DNA of 64,000 nucleotides, taken from contig OZ024740.1 of the NCBI GenBank assembly GCA_964016885.1, positions 426,808,001-426,872,000 on the forward strand, given 5' to 3'. The notes below the pieces were generated by a model, which was not told the DNA's origin, ran no database searches, and saw only the letters and a list, made by a program, of their open reading frames with translations. Position 1 is the stretch's first letter; the number at the start of each line of letters is the position of its first letter. Positions 1 through 13,007 of this stretch are shown here, in pieces. A program made the position numbers and the translations under genes. The stretch comes from Eledone cirrhosa (taxonomy: Eukaryota).

Positions 1-62
1 GGGGTTCTCCTACATGGATATAAAGTAGTGGCCGTACTCGAAAAAGAGTTGGCAGCCACCAT
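1..62 (-). repeat. Fragment of an interspersed repeat, cut by the window edge
   Basis: Near-exact reverse complement of 36195-36256. Confidence 0.8.
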
Positions 63-131
63 ATGCATATATAATATATATATATATATACACAGTTAAA
101 AATTGCAAACTTGACTGTCACTACACAATAA

Positions 132-168
132 GAACCTGAAGATTGCGAAAGCATGAAAGTACTTGTTC
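132..168 (+). ncRNA. Minimal type-I hammerhead ribozyme motif
   Basis: gaac-CTGAAGA-t.tgc(gaaa)gca.t-GAAA-gtac-TT-gttc: stem I gaac/gttc, GNRA-capped helix II, palindromic helix III. Lies in a short island between AT/CT microsatellites. Confidence 0.7.
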
Positions 169-318
169 AATTAACACTTAACATTTAATATTCAACCATA
201 CTATTTCATTCTAATACCATTATAAATTTTAAAGGATTGTAAATAAAACGAGTATATCAGACAAAGTTGGAATTCCTTTTATTAATATAATCTTCTATAC
301 ACAATCATACACACCGTG

Positions 319-406
<88 letters not shown>

Positions 407-471
407 CTGTCCAAAGGCTCTGAAACCATCAACACTATACACACAGAGCTGGCATATCTAAGAACTGACTA

Positions 472-527
472 ACTGCCTGATGAGGTCATAGCCATTCAAT
501 GGCTATCATCGAAATATATATAGCAGT
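472..527 (+). ncRNA. Minimal type-I hammerhead ribozyme motif
   Basis: actgc-CTGATGA-..atagccatt/aatggctat..-GAAA-tatata-TA-gcagt: 5-bp stem I, long helix II, palindromic helix III. Confidence 0.8.
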
Positions 528-658
528 AAATAAAGGATTATGAATTCATGCAATTGACTTATGTTTCGTCACTATTATAACTCCGGAACTTATATCTTCG
601 TCGAGTGCTACCTATCTGCATACTGAAGTACTGGATTTTACCAACACTTACTTTCTTG

Positions 659-1050
<392 letters not shown>

Positions 1051-1426
1051 TTTATATAACGGCGATGAGTATGTTTGCGAGGTTTTTTTATATGAAGTCG
1101 TGAGTCGAAACAAATATTGTTATACTTGGGGAGGGTCAAATTGTTGTAATATTGCCAGATATAAAAATGGTGTAGACATACAATACAACAGGAGGGACAT
1201 AATAGTACTGATGATGTATATATAGATACACACGCAGACACATATATATATATGTATATATATATATACATATATATATATATCTGTATATATATCTGGC
1301 TAAGTTTGACTCAACAAGACGATTCCATAGTGATGCAGCGAGCGCGCGGTGATTTCTATGTATTTTATACTTGTAGTAATGATAAATCGGTTTGCTATAC
1401 AATAAGGGCTTTACTTATATATACAT

Positions 1427-1501
<75 letters not shown>

Positions 1502-1583
1502 CATACAGATATATATCTTTATATTTATATATATTTATACAGATATATATATCTGTATATATTTATATACAGATATATATATA

Positions 1584-1630
<47 letters not shown>

Positions 1631-1730
1631 TATATATATAGTTATGTAATAATATTATTACATAACTATTAAGCTCTGTTACCTACACAGAGTACTCTTT
1701 TTTCCTGGACTTTTCCGACGGAATTACTTC

Positions 1731-1765
<35 letters not shown>

Positions 1766-1795
1766 AACAAAAGATGGTTAAAAGAGTTCCATGTA

Positions 1796-1862
1796 TTTTA
1801 TTATGCGCATTTCAAAAACAAATATCATCATGCAATAATATTTGTGTTTTCATCAGATAAAA
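1796..1862 (-). ncRNA. Hammerhead ribozyme motif (family B, untailed arm)
   Basis: Minus strand: ttttat-CTGATGA-aaacacaaatat...atatttgttttt-GAAA-tgcgca-TA-ataaaa. Confidence 0.8.
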
Positions 1863-1882
1863 CAGGAAGATAAAACAGGAAG

Positions 1883-1945
1883 ATCTGATGAAAACACAAA
1901 TATTATTGCATGATGATATTTGTTTTTGAAATGCCCATAATAAAA
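1883..1945 (+). ncRNA. Hammerhead ribozyme motif (family B, tailed arm; stem I 5' strand truncated)
   Basis: CTGATGA at 1885, GAAA at 1928, helix III tgccca (not palindromic), then TA-ataaaa. Confidence 0.6.
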
Positions 1946-2070
1946 TACATGGAACTCTTTTAACCATCTTTTGTTCTTATATATTATATTTACTCCAGTC
2001 CTACAAACTGTAGAGTGCTTCTTCTCCGATATCTGCATTGCTTTATTGTACTACAATAAAACTCACCTCC

Positions 2071-2119
<49 letters not shown>

Positions 2120-2251
2120 GTGAGGTTTTTTTTTACAAAATGAAAAATAACCGAGGTGTCCTACACGAGTGAAAGTATAAAGAAAAAGAGATGAAATCGA
2201 AAATGCAACTGGAGTCTTATTTTTTTTTAAAATATATATATTTATTTGGTT

Positions 2252-2289
2252 CCTTTACCGGTTTCGCAGTTCTTCCGCTTTTCAAAAGG
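2252..2289 (-). ncRNA. Variant hammerhead motif with U3:A8 core (PLE-1 3' end)
   Basis: Minus strand: cctt-TTGAAAA-gcgg(aagaa)ctgc-GAAA-ccgg-TA-aagg. Confidence 0.7.
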
Positions 2290-3115
2290 TGAGTTGAGAT
2301 GGAGGGTCTGTGGTTTTTCTCACATCTGGTTGGTCTCTGAATGTTACTTGTTTTATATGGAAAAAGTGGCTCGAATGACAGTTTTTCGAGAAGTAACTTC
2401 ATTGGTTTGTCAATAATTATAATAAATTTCGCGCCAGTTCGCGTTACAATAGTTCTTCAAATAAGAGGGGGGGGTTGTCACAGGTTGTTTTTTCATATAT
2501 GAGTGTTTGAATTTCTTTTTACTTGAAAAAAGGAGGCTCACGAAGGCTTTTTTGGGGTTGGTTATAAATGAAATTATGGCTGTCACGTGAACAAATTTTC
2601 ATTAAATTTGTGTGCCCTTATTTGGAAATCCATTCTGTAGCCTTTTTAGAGAATTTTTTGATAAAAAGGTAATGGTCAAGAGAAATGGATGGGAGAATTG
2701 TTCTGGTTCAGTGAATATGGTTAGTTCGCTGGGGTGTCAGAATTCAGATTTTCTATTGAATAAAGAAAGTAAAGATATGTGTGTTTATTTGTGTGCTTGT
2801 GTGTGTGTGTGTGTGTGTTTGAATTTCTTTACTTTAAAAAAAGGTGGCTCACAAAGGCTTTTTTTAATAAACGTGATTTGATTGGTTATAAATGAAATTT
2901 AGCTGTCACGTGAACAAGTTTTCATTACATTTTTGCGCCCTTATTTGGAAAACTATTCTGTAGTCTTTATAGCGAATGTTATGACAATGGAAAGATAGTG
3001 GTCAAGAGAAAAGGGATTGTTCTGGTTCAGTGAATATGGTTAGTTCGCTGGGGTGTCAGTGTTCAGATTTTCTATTGAAGTGAAGATATGTATGTTTATT
3101 TGTGTGCTTGTTTGT

Positions 3116-3155
<40 letters not shown>

Positions 3156-3644
3156 TGGAAGATGATTCTATTACTAGAAATGGGGGAGGGAGTTGTGTGT
3201 GTGTGTATATGGGTGTTATGTGTGTGTGTGCGAGTATGTTAAGATGGAGAGAATATATATTTTGTGTGTGTGTATATATATGTGTGTAGGAAAGTGGTTC
3301 TATTAGTAGAAATGGGGAGGGAGTTGTGGGTGTGGGGGTTGTTATGTGTGTGTATGGGTGTTATGTGTGTGGGAGTATGGTTAGCATGTTAAGATGAAGA
3401 GAATATATATATATATATATATTGTGTGTGTGTGTATGTGTGTGTGTAGGAAAGTGATTCCTTTAGTAGGAATATTTTTGAATGAACATATTTTCCTTAC
3501 TTATTCGTGTTTGCTGTTGTATTGTCAGTGCAAACGTATGTTAAGGTTTATTTAGTTCGGGTTTTTATTTTCTAAAGTAGAAGGTGTTATGTGTGTGTGT
3601 GTATGTCATATTATGGTGTTGACATAATGTATATTAAACCTTAT

Positions 3645-5786
3645 TTAATGTTGGTCTATATTTTTGAATAAACATATTTTCCTTATTTATTCGCATTTGT
3701 TCTGTTGTATTGTTAGCGCAAAGGTAAAATGGGAAGACTTGGAATTTGGGTGTCTTATTACTTGCGCAAATGTCTTAGTGGTATCTGTCTCGTGGTTGGG
3801 TCTTGTAATTGTTGGCGATGAACTGTCATTCTGTTTCTGAGTGTGAGTTTAGTTTGTCCTATATAATCTTCATTGCATCCTTTACATTTAATGGCATAAA
3901 GTAGATTTTTTGATGAGCAAGTGAAGTGATTTTTTACAGTAAAATTTTGTCCTGATTTAAATGTATACGTGTTGCCTTCAATGAGGTGAGTGCAGGTTCC
4001 ACAATTAGAGCGACCACATTTTTTGATACTTGGTTGTGGGTTTGTAGTAGGTAATTTGGCATTGGTGAGTAATGTTTTCATTGATTTGGGTTGTCTTTTG
4101 CTTTTGATTATTTTGTGTGTTTCAAAGACTTTTTTCATTCTTGGGTTTTGTTTTAGTAGTGGGATGTTATTGTGAATAGTGTTGTAAGCTTCCGCATTTC
4201 TTGGGTTGTGTGTTGAGATATATGATAGAATACTGGACGTACCTTGAATTTGTTTCTGTTTTCGTAATTCATCAATGCCTATTGCTTTAGCCCTTTCTAT
4301 TCCATTATTTATTAGTAATAGTGGGTACTCTCTCTCGAGTAGAATTTCCTTTAATTCTTGAAGTCTTTTATTTCGCGTTTCATAATTGCAGACAATTGTG
4401 CAAATTCTTCTTGCTAGGTTAAAAGGAATGTTCGTCTTCGTGTGCTTTTGATGGTTGGAGGTGAATAGCAGATATTGTTTGGAATCTGTTGGTTTGTAGT
4501 GTATGTCAGTTTCGATATTTGTGTCTTTTTTTAAGATTAAGCTGTCCAGAAATGGGAGTTGATCTTGGCTGTATTCCATCGTGAATTGGATGTGGTTATT
4601 TATGCCGTTTATTAAGTTTTTGAAATCCTTCAGTTGGTCGAGTGTGTGGGACCAAAGAATGAGGCAATCATCCAAGTAGCGTTTCCAATTCTCTGATAAA
4701 TATTTATGGAAGTTCAATCCGTATTTTGATTTGGACTGTTCATATATCTGGACTTCTAAGTATGCCATGACTAAGTTGGTATAAGTTGGAGAGCAGCTTT
4801 TGTACCCATCGCAGTCCCCGATATTTGCTTGTAAGTCTTGCCATCGAAATCAAAAAGGTTGTTCTGTAGGATGAATTTTAATCCCTCGGTGATGAAGCTT
4901 TTTTCAATTCTGTCAGGTATCTCATTGGGATATTTCCCTAGCCAGAATCCTATTGCTTCTAGTCCGTATTGGTGTGGGATCGTTGTGTAGAGATTCACTA
5001 CATCGAAAGACACAATAATAGTGTCGTTGTTGACATGTTTGGGGAGGTGGTTTAAGAGGTCCAGATCGTCTCTTACAAGGCTTGGTATGTGTTTCAGTAT
5101 TGGTTTCAGTAGTATGTCTATAAAGTTGCTCAATCTGTGTGTTTCACATTGTGGGCCCGCTACAATTGGTCTTAATTTAAGGTCTGTGGGGTATTGTGTG
5201 TTCACGCAGGCTGAGGTGGATTGTTTACAGGCATCGTTGATTATTTTACACTTGTGGATCTTCGGAAGTCCGTAAAGGTTGCTGGTTTTGTATTCAAAAT
5301 TTGTTAAATAATCGCGTTCCTTTTTAGTTAGGTCTTCCTGGTATCGATAAATCAGTGTGTTTAATTTGGTCATTATTTTTGATTGCTGGTAGTTTTTTAC
5401 TCTTTCATAGTAATGAGTATTTTGTAAGAGAGAGAACATAGAATTTTTATATTTTTCAGCCTCCATAATGACAACATTACCGCCCTTGTCCGCTTCCTTA
5501 ATTATAATGTCCGTATTGTTTTTTAGTTCATGGATAATCTCCCATTCCCTTCGACTCGTGTTGGGTTTGGGTTTAGGTTGCGGTAGTTCATGGTATGGGA
5601 AGGTAGCTATGTGGTCACAAAATTTGTCCAGAACTCTGTTTCTACCTTTTGTTGGGTTGTAGCTGCTTTTATTCCGTACAATTGATTCGTCGTTATTCTC
5701 CTTGTCAAAGAATTGCTCTGTGAGACGTAATTTTCTACAGAAGTGTGAGATATCGTCATTTATCTCGTTGGGGTTAGGGTATTGTG

Positions 5787-5790
<4 letters not shown>
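3645..5790 (-). pseudogene. PLE-1 reverse transcriptase + GIY-YIG endonuclease, frameshifted
   Basis: Motifs [45 protein letters not shown], linker CGRSNCGTC, LLYAIKCKGC..YIGQT..RMTVH. Frameshifts near 4780 and 3770; 3' coding end approximate. Confidence 0.92.
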
Positions 5791-5831
<41 letters not shown>

Positions 5832-5862
5832 TATATATATATATACACATATATATATCTGC

Positions 5863-5909
<47 letters not shown>

Positions 5910-5915
5910 TATATA

Positions 5916-6007
<92 letters not shown>

Positions 6008-6039
6008 TATATATATATACAGATATATATATATATCTG

Positions 6040-6088
<49 letters not shown>

Positions 6089-6192
6089 CAGATTTATTAC
6101 AGATTTATATCTATCTATCTGTCTATCTATCTGTATATTTATATCTATCTATCTATCTATCTATATATATATAAGTATATATATATATATCA

Positions 6193-7172
6193 GTGGAAAC
6201 TCCACCGCAACATTCTATAGAGGGCTGGTACGCAGCAGGTGCGACGACGCCCTCGGAGAAGCCCTAGACATGGAGGAGGACGAACTGGCCAGCCTGTTCG
6301 GTAGGACATTCAGCCCGGGACCTATGGACAACTTCCAGAAGTCCCTGGCCTGGCAGTGCTACCGAGGAGCTTTACCCGTTCGAGAAAGGCTCTACAGACA
6401 CGGGCGCCCGGGTAGGGACCCCGCCAAAAAGATCTGTCCCAGGTGCGTGTGCGACGAGGAAACCGTTGCACACGCATTGGTACACTGCTCAGGCGTAGCC
6501 GATCTGTGGGGCTATGTCGAACAACTGCTGTCAAGGGTGGGACCGATCCGGTTGACCACCGAGTCTATTGTAATGATCAAGCCGCCTCCCCCCTTCAAAG
6601 ATGAAGCAGAGGCGGTGTTTCTGTGCGTAATAGCCATGGCGAAAGAGGTTGTATGGTGGACGCGTCTGAAAGGACTGAGGTCAGGAACCTTTCTCTCTGG
6701 CCAACAACTGGTCCGTTTCTTCCGATATCATTTCGGAAGAAGGATCAGGATGGAGAGAGAGGTGCTGCACCCCAGTCGTTTTTATGAAAGGTGAGTGAAA
6801 GTGGCGAGAATGGCCCGTGTGAATGGGCCTTCTCTTTACATGAGCCTGTAGGTGGAAAAGAGGAAGGAACGAGGGAGCACCCCCTCTCTGTGCTCCTGAG
6901 GAAAAGGGTTGCACACTTTTTTCGGGGGTGTGTGCGACCCCCCAAGGCGCCTCCTCTCTATTGAGGATTTTGTTATAAATTTTATTTTTTGTTATATTTT
7001 ATAACAAAATCCTCTATTGAGGATTTTGTTATAATTCTATTTTTTGTTATATTTTATTTTATTTTTATATATTGTTATTGCCTCCTCCCTATTGAGGACG
7101 CCTTGTTTTGTAAACTCCCCCCATTGTACTTGTCCCACTTTTGATGCCCTTGTGGCAAATAAAAGAAACATA
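6193..7172 (+). mobile_element. 3' fragment of a Tx1/L1-type LINE
   Basis: Encodes [30 protein letters not shown] (zf-RVT-like), homologous to 34510-35159. Ends cccttgtggc-AATAAA, like the element end at ~35400. Confidence 0.88.
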
Positions 7173-7183
7173 TCTATATATAA

Positions 7184-7222
<39 letters not shown>

Positions 7223-7541
7223 GAGAGAAAGAGAGAGGGAGAGAGGGAGAGAGAGAGATGTATATATGTATGTCTGTCTGTGCCCGTGTGTGTTGGACTA
7301 TCTGACCTTGTCGGTATTTACGTGTTTATATGTCCCATGATATAGCGCTTCTGATAAAGAGCGAGAGCTATGATATCCACAAGTGAAAATAATTACTTAC
7401 TTTCACACGTACACAATAGAGATATAAATATAGAAATATAGATAGACATCGTTACACGAAGCAGGGGTATACAGATTCCCATGCGGACAATGGACAGGAG
7501 ATCATGATAATATTGAATATATGAGGAAAACAAATGAAGCG

Positions 7542-7621
<80 letters not shown>

Positions 7622-7623
<2 letters not shown>

Positions 7624-7817
7624 AACAAAGGAAATGTGATAAGGAACCAGATGGACCATAACGCACCAGAGTACTCAATACTTAGGGTAGTGGAGTGGGA
7701 AATAGGAAAAAGTATGACCCCGACGGCAGAGCTCAAGCCGTTTCGACGGCTATTTCTGGACTCAGAAATAGCCGTCGAAACGGCTTGAGCTCTGCCGTCG
7801 GCGTCATAGTTTTTCAT
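7622..7817. mobile_element. Fold-back insert, family C copy 1, carrying the 3' half of a hammerhead
   Basis: Palindrome centred at ~7760 with the left arm ~85 nt longer. Contains GAAA-cggc(ttgagctct)gccg-TC. Homologous to 8411-8616 and 16013-16150. Confidence 0.75.
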
Positions 7818-7825
7818 ATATATAT

Positions 7826-8004
7826 ATACGTTATTCCGGGTTGAATCGGAGGTAACCACAGTAAGTAAGGTAGTCAATACATAGCAGAGTATAAAAGTTT
7901 TAATATAGATGAGATTCTACAGGACTAGAACTGTTTCATTCTTTAGAAATCATCAGAGATTCCTGTTGATTTCTAAAGAATGAAACAGTTCTACTCCTGT
8001 AGAA

Positions 8005-8010
<6 letters not shown>
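7826..8010. mobile_element. Fold-back insert, family D
   Basis: 7909-7956 is inverted relative to 7963-8010. The left arm has an extra ~80-nt tail. Flanked by (AT)n. Confidence 0.75.
7956..8008 (+). ncRNA. Hammerhead motif with a complete helix III (family D)
   Basis: gagattc-CTGTTGA-t.ttc(taaa)gaa.t-GAAA-cag(ttctactc)ctg-TA-gaatctc. The inverted arm (7911-7956, minus strand) has the canonical CTGATGA but lacks the stem I 5' strand. Confidence 0.75.
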
Positions 8011-8040
<30 letters not shown>

Positions 8041-8362
8041 ATTTTAACTTTAATTATATCTCATAAAATAATACAACTGGCTTTCCACAAAATACATATA
8101 GTTAGCACCCCAAACACTTAAATTGGGTTATATACATACATTTATTTTTTTTAATTAATTGAGTTCTTAACACGTGGAATTGATAATAGTTTTAAATAAC
8201 TAATTAACCCGCGTGTATTAAATATTTTACTCTTAATTTGGCCAGAGATTTAAATTCCCAATCACCTTTTAAGCGTAACCTTCAGTATTCGCTGCGGTGA
8301 TGTGATGCGGTTTATTGTTTTGGTATCACCTCTGTACGCATATGTTAGTAGATGTACTAAAT

Positions 8363-8410
<48 letters not shown>

Positions 8411-8412
<2 letters not shown>

Positions 8413-8614
8413 GGAACGAGTAGGACCCTGACAGCTGAGCTCAAGCCGTTTCGACGGCTTATTCTGGACTAAAATTACTCCAGAATTAGCCGTCGAAACG
8501 GCTTGAGTTCAGCCGTCGGGGTCCTACTCGTTCTTATTACCCACTCTACTACCCTAACTATTGTGTACTTTGGTGCGTTATGGTCCACCTGGTTCCTTAC
8601 CACATTTCCTTCGT

Positions 8615-8616
<2 letters not shown>
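8411..8616. mobile_element. Fold-back insert, family C copy 2
   Basis: Short arm 8411-8468 is inverted relative to 8478-8535; right tail runs to 8616. Diverged homolog of 7622-7817 in the opposite orientation. Confidence 0.75.
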
Positions 8617-8671
<55 letters not shown>

Positions 8672-8686
8672 GTATATATATGTGTG

Positions 8687-8733
<47 letters not shown>

Positions 8734-8837
8734 GTATATATATGTGTGGGTATATATATATATCAGATATGAGTATATATAAGCGTACATATATTGGTTA
8801 ATCTTCATGTATGTATATATGTATATATGCATGTATG

Positions 8838-8969
<132 letters not shown>

Positions 8970-9053
8970 AATGAATATATGATAGGGATAAACACTGATA
9001 CAAGTATACATGTGTTCGCATTGCAAATGACCAACTTAGGTAGATTGAAAAAT

Positions 9054-9085
<32 letters not shown>

Positions 9086-9234
9086 TTATTTATTCTCTGG
9101 AACGCCGCCGTGAGCGCTACATTATCTACTAGTGTGTAAAATATTCCATCAACATTGCCCAAATGATGTTAGCCTCACCTTTAAAGTACACCGGAATGTT
9201 TGGGCCCCATACTATCTGCCCACAACACACACAC

Positions 9235-9356
<122 letters not shown>

Positions 9357-9569
9357 TATGTGTATACATGTATTCACATATATATGGCAAACTGTTTGAC
9401 AATCGCCACCGACGAATGCGAGAAAGTTCTCCAGAAAAGTTAACCAGGAATCTTTAAAAATCTTCCCATCGAAGTTAACAAAGTACGTACTAGATCTACC
9501 AAATCATAATATAATAAAATTAAATCAAATTGTTTAGAACGACTAGTGAAGTCATTCTCTTCTCTATTT

Positions 9570-9650
<81 letters not shown>

Positions 9651-9652
<2 letters not shown>

Positions 9653-10102
9653 GTAGGAGGTGAGTTTTATTGTACTACAATAAAGCAATGCAGATATCGG
9701 ATAAGAAGCACTCTACAGTTTGTAGGACTGGAGTATAAATAATATATAAGATCAAAAGATGGTTAAAAGAGTTCCATGTATTTTATTATGGGCATTTCAA
9801 AAACAAATATCATCATGCAATAACATTTGCGTTTTCGTCAGATAAAATAGGGAGACATGATATGAAGGTTAAAACACACTTGTTAATAGTGCAGTTTTAA
9901 ATCAACATATCATGATATGTTAATTTAAATCAACATGTCATGATATGTTGATTTAAAACTGCACTATTCACAAGTGTGTTTTAACCTTCATATCATGTCT
10001 CCCTATTTTATCTGACGAAAACACAAATATTATTGCATGATGATATTTGTTTTTGAAATGCGCATAATAAAATACATGGAACTCTTTTAACCATCTTTTG
10101 AT

Positions 10103-10107
<5 letters not shown>
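9651..10107. mobile_element. Fold-back insert, family B copy 2, with HHR motifs at 9781-9847 (-) and 10006-10072 (+)
   Basis: Arms ~9745-9920 and ~9935-10107; left tail 9651-9745. Plus-strand motif: ttttat-CTGACGA-helix II-GAAA-tgcgca-TA-ataaaa. Confidence 0.82.
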
Positions 10108-10140
<33 letters not shown>

Positions 10141-10147
<7 letters not shown>

Positions 10148-10478
10148 GTGACGTTTTTTTTACAAATTGAAAAATAACCGAGGTGTCCTACACGAGTGAA
10201 AGTATAAAGAAAAAGAGATGAAATCGAAAATGCAACAGGAGTCTTATTTTTTTTTAAAATATATATATTTATTCGGTTCCTTTACCGCTTTCGCAGTTCT
10301 TCTGCTTTTCAAAAGGTGAGTTGAGATGGAGGGTCTGTGGTTTTTCTCACATCTTGACAACTCACATTTTGAAAAGCAGAAGAACTGCGAAACCGGTAAA
10401 GGAACCAAATAAATATATATATTTTTTTAAAAAATAAGACTCCTGTTGCATTTTCGATTTCATCTCTTTTTCTTTATA
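10141..10478. mobile_element. Fold-back insert of the PLE-1 3' end (family A), with U3:A8 HHR motifs at 10279-10316 (-) and 10365-10402 (+)
   Basis: 10141-10354 nearly matches 2112-2326. 10358-10478 is its partial inverted copy. Confidence 0.85.
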
Positions 10479-10522
10479 TATATATATATATAGTTATGTA
10501 ATAAACAACATAAGGCAATTAT

Positions 10523-10579
10523 TCCATTTACCAGTGGTTTCTTAAAAGCAAAAAATTTTGACTCAATCATCAGAATGAA
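10523..10579 (-). ncRNA. Hammerhead motif at the PLE-H 3' end
   Basis: Minus strand: ttcatt-CTGATGA-ttgag.caaaa/ttttg.tttaa-GAAA-ccactgg-TA-aatgga. Confidence 0.75.
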
Positions 10580-10826
10580 AAAATCCTGGTCTATCCATAT
10601 ATATACCTATACACATACATATATATATACACATACACATACATACACATACATTATGGTATGTGAAGGGTAAGGCAAAAAAATAAGAGGGAAAAGGAGG
10701 GGGGAAAAATGACATAGGAAAAGGTTAAATATAAGGGGAGATAAGGGAGAAAGAGAATACAAGAATACAGAACGTGGATTCAGCAGGTAAAAAAACCGTA
10801 GTTGAAGTAAAGAGCATGGAAAGAGT

Positions 10827-12968
10827 TCAAGGCGGTTGAGTAATCATAGGAGTGTCAATCCAGTTACAGATCAGATGTGATTTCAGATGAGGACAACATC
10901 TGAAAATCTCGGTCTTTGAGTTCAGGCAAGCAGAAGTGGCTTTCAAGTTTAGCAAAATCCTATATTTTTCTGTGGTACACAAAGAACAATTCTTTGTGCC
11001 CCTTTGGTACTCCCTCGAATGGTCTAAAATAGACGAATCGATAGAGTACGGGATGTTATTATCCTTGAATTCCCACACCTTACCTGCGAGGGCCGTTGTT
11101 GTTCGTTTATCGGAATACTTAAAAGAAGCGACATGTGAGTAAAACCTGGTTTTAAACCTGTCCTGGGTCATGCCGACATATCGCTCATTCTTGGCTGTCT
11201 GGCTGGTTGTTGATTAACGGTATTATTTTAGCCTCTTAAACAACAGATTTGGTGTTACATTTGCCCTGCAATGGGCATTCATCCGGCTTCTTGCAACTGC
11301 ATCCTGGATTTGTTCTCGTATGATTTGAACTAGTGATCTTGGACTTCATAGATGGGCAACAAGAGTAACTGATCTTAACTACGTTCCTATTAAATATCTT
11401 GTAATATCTATGATTAGGAGGAAACATTTTATCTAAGTGTTTAAGGAATTTCCTTCCTACATTAGTTTTGACAGTTAGCGAGAAGGGGGGTGTGAACCAA
11501 ATAATTTTCCTTTTCCTGTTATTGTGGTTAGTTTTACGGGGGGGGGGGGAGTAGGTAAATAAAAAAATGTTTCTGCAAAACCGCTGTTCTTAAGGGCTTT
11601 ATTATAATAAGGGGCGGCTTTATTAAAAATGTCTATAGACGAAGATAGGGTAGAAATACTACGGCTAATGTTGGGAATAAGATTATTAAAAACTATAGGG
11701 GGATGGCAAGACTCTTTGTGTATATACCTAAGATTTTCATTAGGTTTATGATAAGGTTTAAAAGAGGCGGTAAGTAGATCAAGATTAATATCAAGAAAGT
11801 TAGCATTGGTAAGGTTCGTATCTATAGTGATTTTAAGGTTAAGATTAGCAAAAGTATTGATTAAATCTTTACGGAATTTATGAAGGTTATGGTCGTTGGT
11901 GGTATGAGAAACTGCCAATCCGTCATCACGGTATAAACCGATATTATGGGAAGGAAATTTCTCTTTGAGGGTGTGGAGAAAGAATAATCCTACTAAGTCA
12001 CACACATCCGCATTGTCATATGAACCCATTGCAACATCAAAAGAGTTTTCAGGGTTTGACTTTTTAACCCAAATATTTTCATTAGTAAAGAGTAAAGTTT
12101 TTCTAGCATGAAAGATAATGTCTTCTTCTAATTTAGAAATATTAATGAAGGGTCTTTCAAAATCTAAGGCATTAGTTAATAAGGAAACAGTAATAGAGGG
12201 GTAAAAATCAACAATATCAAATTGGGTAAATCTACACTTATTTTTACCTTGTATATTATTAAACCAAGAAATAACAAAGGAAGTATTTAGCCACTGTGAT
12301 AGGTCAGTGTTAGTTCTAATTTGGAGAATTATTTTTCTTAAGATTTTTTTACTTGCAAGGCCAACTTCGGATTTAGCGGGGTTAATCAGTCTACAACTAG
12401 GTCGATTAGTAAAGTCCAATTTATGGTCTTTAAGGGTAATATATGCTTTACGTTTAGCTAGGCTTTCAATCCGGTTGTCTATTTTTAAAGAACTAGCTAG
12501 TTCTTTAGCTTCTTTATTAATAGTATTGTAGGTATTATTATTAGTTAATTGATATTTGTTGGTGATACTATTAGTTAAAAGTTGGTTATATAAAGTACTA
12601 TTAACTTCAAAGAGATTTTTAGTTTTATCAGAAAGAACAAAGGTGTTTGTAGAATTTTTAAAATTAGAAATATCGTTAGACAGTTTAGTTTGAAAGTTAT
12701 TATTGTACTTACGAAATTTGATATCACTAATTAAATTAACAAGGTCTAATTCGAAGTTAACCATGTCTTTAATTCTAGGTGGATATTTATGGGATTTTAT
12801 GTCAAAACAATCATTAGTATCAGCACTGAATATTCCATCGTAAATCATTGCTTTCCATTTCATTCTTTTAACGACTTGTTCGATTTTATCTATAAGCATT
12901 TTGGTATAAGTTGTGTTGGAAGGAGTAGGTATATTTTTGATTGAATAATCCAATTCATAAAGGTCCAT
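10827..12968 (-). pseudogene. PLE-H RT + GIY-YIG-like endonuclease, disrupted
   Basis: SDKT, ITLKDHK, CRLINPAKS, FDIVDFYPSI, VAMGSYD, GLYRDDG, FLDI, CSCKKPDECPLQGKC, FKTRFYSH, CSLC..EK. Frameshift at the poly-G run ~11537-11549 plus further breaks. Confidence 0.88.
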
Positions 12969-13007
12969 GGTGTATGTTGGTTATATTCCTGAAAACTGTA
13001 GAGTGCT

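Larger units (their letters stand above)
1762..2073. mobile_element. Non-coding fold-back PLE-type 3'-end insert, family B copy 1, in (AT)n
   Basis: ~1762-1858 is the reverse complement of ~1883-1980. The right arm carries an extra ~95-nt tail. One HHR motif per arm. Same family as 9651-10107. Confidence 0.8.
2112..5790 (-). mobile_element. Penelope-like retroelement PLE-1 (Neptune-like), 5'-truncated, flanked by (AT)n
   Basis: RT and GIY-YIG coding remnants, a ~1.5-kb 3' non-coding region with internal duplications (~2500-3130, 3160-3470), and an HHR-like motif near the 3' end. Clade is inferred from the Cys-rich linker. Confidence 0.9.

Noticed and set aside
6951-7100. Small inverted and direct repeats of ctattgaggattttgttata
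   Set aside because: Local rearrangement in a LINE 3' UTR; no ribozyme core or TIR/TSD.
9400-9450. CCGACGA..gagaa/ttctc..GAAA-a-gttaac hammerhead-like string
   Set aside because: Altered core, no UH and no convincing stem I; at best a decayed copy.
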